The notes under the pieces are model-generated. The model saw only the letters and a list, made by a program, of their open reading frames with translations, was not told where the DNA came from and searched no databases. A DNA stretch of 64,000 nt, from NCBI GenBank assembly GCA_964016885.1, contig OZ024754.1, positions 41,168,001-41,232,000 on the forward strand, written 5' to 3'. The position numbers were made by a program, and so were the translations under genes. Shown one piece after another: positions 59,008 through 64,000 of the stretch. The first letter of the stretch is position 1. The number at the start of each line of letters is the position of its first letter. Origin of the DNA: Eledone cirrhosa. Lineage: Eukaryota.

Positions 59008-60406
59008 ATATATTCACTAAATTATTATATATACATTCACTAAATTATATATACATTCACTAAATTATTATATATACATTTACTGAATTATTATATATAC
59101 ATTCACTGAATTATTATATATACATTCACTAAATTATTATATATACATTCACTAAATTATTATATATACATTCACTGAATTATTATATATACATTCACTG
59201 AATTATTATATATACATTCACTGAATTATTATATATACATTCACTGAATTATTATATATACATTCACTGAATTATTATATATACATTCACTAAATTATTA
59301 TATATACATTCACTAAATTATTATATATACATTCACTAAATTATTATATATACATTCACTAAATTATTATATATACATTCACTAAATTATTATATATACA
59401 TTCACTAAATTATTATATATACATTCACTAAATTATTATATATACATTCACTGAATTATTATATATACATTTACTGAATTATTATATATACATTCACTAA
59501 ATTATTATATATACATTCACTAAATTATTATATATACATTCACTGAATTATTATATATACATTCACTAAATTATTATATATACATTTACTGAATTATTAT
59601 ATATACATTCACTAAATTATTATATATACATTTACTGAACTATTATATATACATTCACTAAATTATTATATATACATTCACTAAATTATTATATATACAT
59701 TCACTGAATTATTATATATACATTCACTGAATTATTATATATACATTCACTAAATTATTATATATACATTCACTGAATTATTATATATACATTCACTGAA
59801 TTATTATATATACATTCACTGAATTATTATATATACATTTACTGAACTATTATATATACATTCACTGAATTATTATATATACATCACTGAATTATTATAT
59901 ATACATTCACTAAATTATTATATATTCATTTACTGAATTATTATATATACATTCACTGAATTATTATATATACTTTCACTGAATTATTATATATACATTC
60001 ACTGAATTATTATATATACATTCACTAAATTATTATATATACATTCACTGAATTATTATATATACATTCACTGAATTATTATATATACATTTACTGAACT
60101 ATTATATATACATTCACTGAATTATTATATATACATCACTGAATTATTATACATACATTCACTAAATTATTATATATACATTCACTGAATTATTATATAT
60201 ACATTCACTGAATTATTATATATACATTCACTGAATTATTATATATACATTCACTGAATTATTATATATACATTCACTGAATTATTATATATACATTCAC
60301 TGAATTATTATATATACATCACTGAATTATTATATATACATTCACTGAATTATTATATATACATCACTGAATTATTATATATACATTCACTGAATTATTA
60401 TATATA
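59008..60406. repeat. 23-bp minisatellite, about 60 copies
   Basis: Unit attattatatatacattcact(g/a)a. Confidence 0.95.
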
Positions 60407-60944
60407 TTTTCACACACTACCACTTGTTTCTAGTTCTGTAGAAGCCATTTCTATATTAAATTTGATGTTTACACTAAACTAATGTATTGAGTTCCTTACT
60501 AACTGTGATTGCCCCTGTGTGTGTGTGTATAATATATATATATATATATGTACGTCAATACTCATCTTTTTCCATTTATCTGAGGGTTCTAAACCCCATT
60601 ATCAGGCTAAAATTCCTTTAGTAAAAAATACGGTGAAAGCTATTCTATTTTCTAATTTCAAACCTGCTCACTGTTTCAAAACATACTTACTTGATATATA
60701 TATATATATATATATATATGTGAAATGATTCAGGACCCCAACGGCTGAGCTCTGGCCATTTTGACAGCTAGATCTGAACCCAGTGTTCGGATCTAGCTGT
60801 TGAAATGGCCAGAGCTCAGTTGTCGGTGTCTCGAATCGTTTCCTATTACCCACTCTACTACCCCAAGTATCGAGTACTCTGGTGGGTTATTGTCTAGCTG
60901 GTTTTTACCACACCCTATCTGATATATATATACACCTATACATA

Positions 60945-60985
<41 letters not shown>

Positions 60986-61670
60986 CTATACATATATATA
61001 TGTAAACTGTATAAGACTGTATATATAAGACTGTAAACACTAGCTTATCTTTATAATTTAAAATTGATACACACTTCGATACTCTGTACATGCCAAACTC
61101 TTACTTTTGCCTCATGACAGCTAGTTTTACACGCCGTAATCTTAGATACATTATACCCCCCACCTAAGTAATGTCAGGGTCTCCTCAAATAAATTATTAA
61201 TAGCATTGTTGTAATTGTTGTTATTGTTCTAATTGAATGCCATTACTACTTAAGATAGTAGCCTGTATTTTCTTTTCTTTTCTTGCCTGTGTATTTTCTT
61301 CATTCTCGCATGCTCCGAAGATCTGACTGGTTATAATTTTGTATTGGCGATCGAGTAACGCGAAAATAAGCGAATAGCGATCTCTAGACCTACCAGTTCA
61401 GTGAAACAAATGTAAGCTATGTGATTAAAAACCTTTTTTGTATAGCAAACCATGTCAACCCTCTTTCCTGATTTATTATTACTCCAAGTGTTTACAACAT
61501 AGGAATTACAGCATACCCGCAGCATCACTATGAAAACGCCTTGTTGGGTCAAACCAAGCCAAGTGTTAATATCATCCACTACCTGGAATATCATAACTGG
61601 ACTTCACCTAAGTGGACTGCATTTAACTATTATTTGTTACCCCGCATATATATATGTATATATATATGTT

Positions 61671-62007
61671 ATGGAGGCACATGGCTTAGTGGTTAGAGCA
61701 TTGGCCTTGAAATCGAAAGGTTGTGAGTTCAATTCTCAGACCGGGTGATGTGTTGTTTCCTTGAGCAAGACACTTTATTTCACATTGCTCCAGTTTACTC
61801 AGCTGTATAAATGAGATGATAGGGACTGGGGTCCATATCATTCCCCTGTAAAGTGGATGTGGAGGTGCCACGGCAAAAAAGCACCCAGCACTCACTGTAA
61901 ATGAGGTTGGTGTTAGGAAGGGCATCCAGCTGTAGAAATCAAGCCAGAATCAGTTCCCGTCCCACCCTTGCAAGCAGGGAAAAGCGGACGTAAAATGATG
62001 ATGATGA
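61671..62007 (+). mobile_element. tRNA-derived SINE family A (CORE-like middle, RTE-like tail), full length
   Basis: A box TGGCTTAGTGG, B box GAGTTCAATTC, ccttgagcaagacacttt core and (TGA)n tail. Confidence 0.85.
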
Positions 62008-62679
62008 TATATATATACACACACACATATATCTGTTGGTATGTTGTCAGTTTTCTATATAATCTTCTGTGGTTTACTGGCTGATACTGAACAGTGCTAA
62101 ATTACTGCTGTGTCCCTATTTATCTACACCTCAATAGATACTCCTCCATGTTAACATTTAAATCATACATCAATATTATCACTGATAATCTAAATACATT
62201 TGACATTTATCGAAATATCATTTCTTTCTTTTCTTTCTATATTTACTTTTCATTTATATTTACTTTGTTCTTCGATTTCTTGTTTTCCTAACTACATCAG
62301 AAAATATGTAATATTTGAAAATATCATTTTAAAAATCCTATTGTTTCCTCTCAAATGTCTTCATTGTCAGTTTTCCTTGGTAATAATATGGGCTGAGGTT
62401 TCAAATTTATCGCTTTACTAACTATTCAATTGTAAAGTAATAATTATTTCTACTTTAGGCACAAGGCCAGCAATTACCCAGTACTTTATTTTATCGACCC
62501 CGTAAGGATGAAAGGCAAAGTCAACCTCGGCGAGATTTGAACTCAGACCGTAAAGGGACGTAACTATGCTGGAAAGCATGGCGTCCGACCCTCTACCGAT
62601 ACTGCCAAAGTAATAATGGTAGCTGGTTTGTAAATGCTTAGACAAAAGCCTCAAATATACTTTAACCTTTTTATTACAG

Positions 62680-62861
62680 TACAGGAGTGCTGGAAAGTTC
62701 CTGGCTTAAGGATGTCACAAAAAGGTAGAGCTGTTACCTTTACTAGGAGAGGTAGGACCACAGCAATAAGCATGTGAATCTGAGAGTAGATAAAATCATA
62801 ATTAACTGATCCTCCTGTATTTTCTTTTATCCCAAGCCAAGAAATTTTCAACACCCCAGTA
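62680..62861. mobile_element. Mariner-type MITE
   Basis: Imperfect TIRs tacaggagtgctggaaagttcctggctt and aagccaagaaattttcaacaccccagta with TA ends. Confidence 0.6.
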
Positions 62862-63629
62862 TTTCAAATGAAATACACTGTCTGTGTGTTTCAATTAATT
62901 TTTAAAATAACCAAATATCAGGAGAAATTTAATAAAACAACTAAAAATTGAGAGATCACAGCTCCAATATTATGAAGATGTGGTTAGAATGTCACAGGAA
63001 AGAATTGCTGGACAGATTTTACAGACAAAACCAACCAGCAGGAGACCAAGGAGGTAAATCCCAAGCTGAACAAGATGGTTGGATAACATCCATAAGCTCA
63101 GCTGGTTTCATTTAAAACAGAGTTTTGAGTGGTAGAATAGGTGGGAAGGGATCAGGTGGTTTGATATCAAAAAAGGGTTAATCAATTCATCACCTGTTGG
63201 TTTTGCACAAGAATCCAACATGCCACCTGCTTCATGAAACGAACCCCCATAAAAAAACCCTATGATTATGGGTTCAACACCCTATCCACTAGGCCACACA
63301 ATTTCCTAGTTTCAGTTTAAGATGAGAAGTCTAACCCCCCCCCCATCTTTACATGAGGAAGAAGATGTATTTTCTAATGGTTTAACCCTTTAGCATTTGC
63401 ATTATTCTCTATATACTATTGTATTTTCGTGGTAAAGGCTTTACCTTACATAATTATCTCACATAATATTGAATTTATGAGATTTTGATATTATTTATTT
63501 TGAGAACAATATTTTAACATTGGTATGAGTGGCTGGTTATGGCCGGTTTGAACAGAAAGAGGTGAGAGAATTCTGGTCGGATACAGCCGGTTTGAATGCT
63601 AAAGGTTTAATTAAAAAAGGTTATATTAC

Positions 63630-63802
63630 CTGTTCAGCTAACATTAGCCACAACAACTGGTGAGTTATAGAATACTTCATTAGACCACGACAGGTCATCA
63701 TCAGGGCACATTTGTTGCTGATAGAACACCGAGGCTGGTCACTGGAACCTATCAGTTCTTTCATACAGTTATCACTGGCAGTTTCTTCAATTTCTCCATA
63801 CA
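63630..63802 (-). CDS. UPF0764/C16orf89-like gene, first coding exon visible in window (5' exons lie beyond 64000)
   Basis: Acceptor ttttttcag|TG TAT GGA and donor CAG|GTAATA. Encodes YGEIEETASDNCMKELIGSSDQPRCSISNKCALMMTCRGLMKYSITHQLLWLMLAEQ, matching the remembered C16orf89 pattern SDxCxxxLxG..C..S..C..LMT..G..Y..HQLL. Confidence 0.88.
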
Positions 63803-64000
63803 CTGAAAAAACAAACCCAAAACAAAACATTTTGAAGAATTAGAGAGAAATTTCTATATATTATAATGAGGAAATGAATAAATACAAAAATATACAAAAT
63901 ACTGAGAGATGGTTGTAATTGATTGAAGTCTAAGGTATGAAAAATTTAAGGACTCAATACTGGGTGAGGAAATTATGGTTTCATTTGTGGATCAATAAAG

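Noticed and set aside
61671-61745. tRNA gene
   Set aside because: A and B boxes belong to a SINE head that continues into core and tail. No proper cloverleaf.

Overview
This is very AT-rich, microsatellite-dense eukaryotic DNA. Its SINE and MITE repertoire looks like a coleoid cephalopod, probably Octopus (inference). Almost all listed ORFs are artefacts of (TA)n, (CA)n, (CCA)n or satellite sequence. One real protein-coding gene is present: the last four coding exons (63630-63802, 46834-47005, 41409-42002, 34388-35220; minus strand, phase-consistent GT-AG junctions) of a UPF0764/C16orf89-like gene. It has a long internal insertion and an acidic C-terminal extension ending in a transmembrane helix. 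The rest is two tRNA-derived SINE families, RTE LINE 3' remnants, TTAA-flanked piggyBac-like MITEs, Tc1/mariner and hAT remnants, and many minisatellites, several of which arose inside transposons. The most striking signal is a set of unrelated short non-coding inserts embedded in (TA)n tracts. They carry minimal type-I hammerhead ribozyme motifs (including U3:A8 and U10.1/U11.1 core variants), and many share a divergent inverted-duplication architecture. One (2699-4495) is a circularly permuted tandem plus inverted multimer of a 590-nt hammerhead-containing unit. This fits a retrozyme or Penelope-like, possibly circular-RNA-templated, (TA)n-targeting mobile system. All folds were done by eye and activity is untested.
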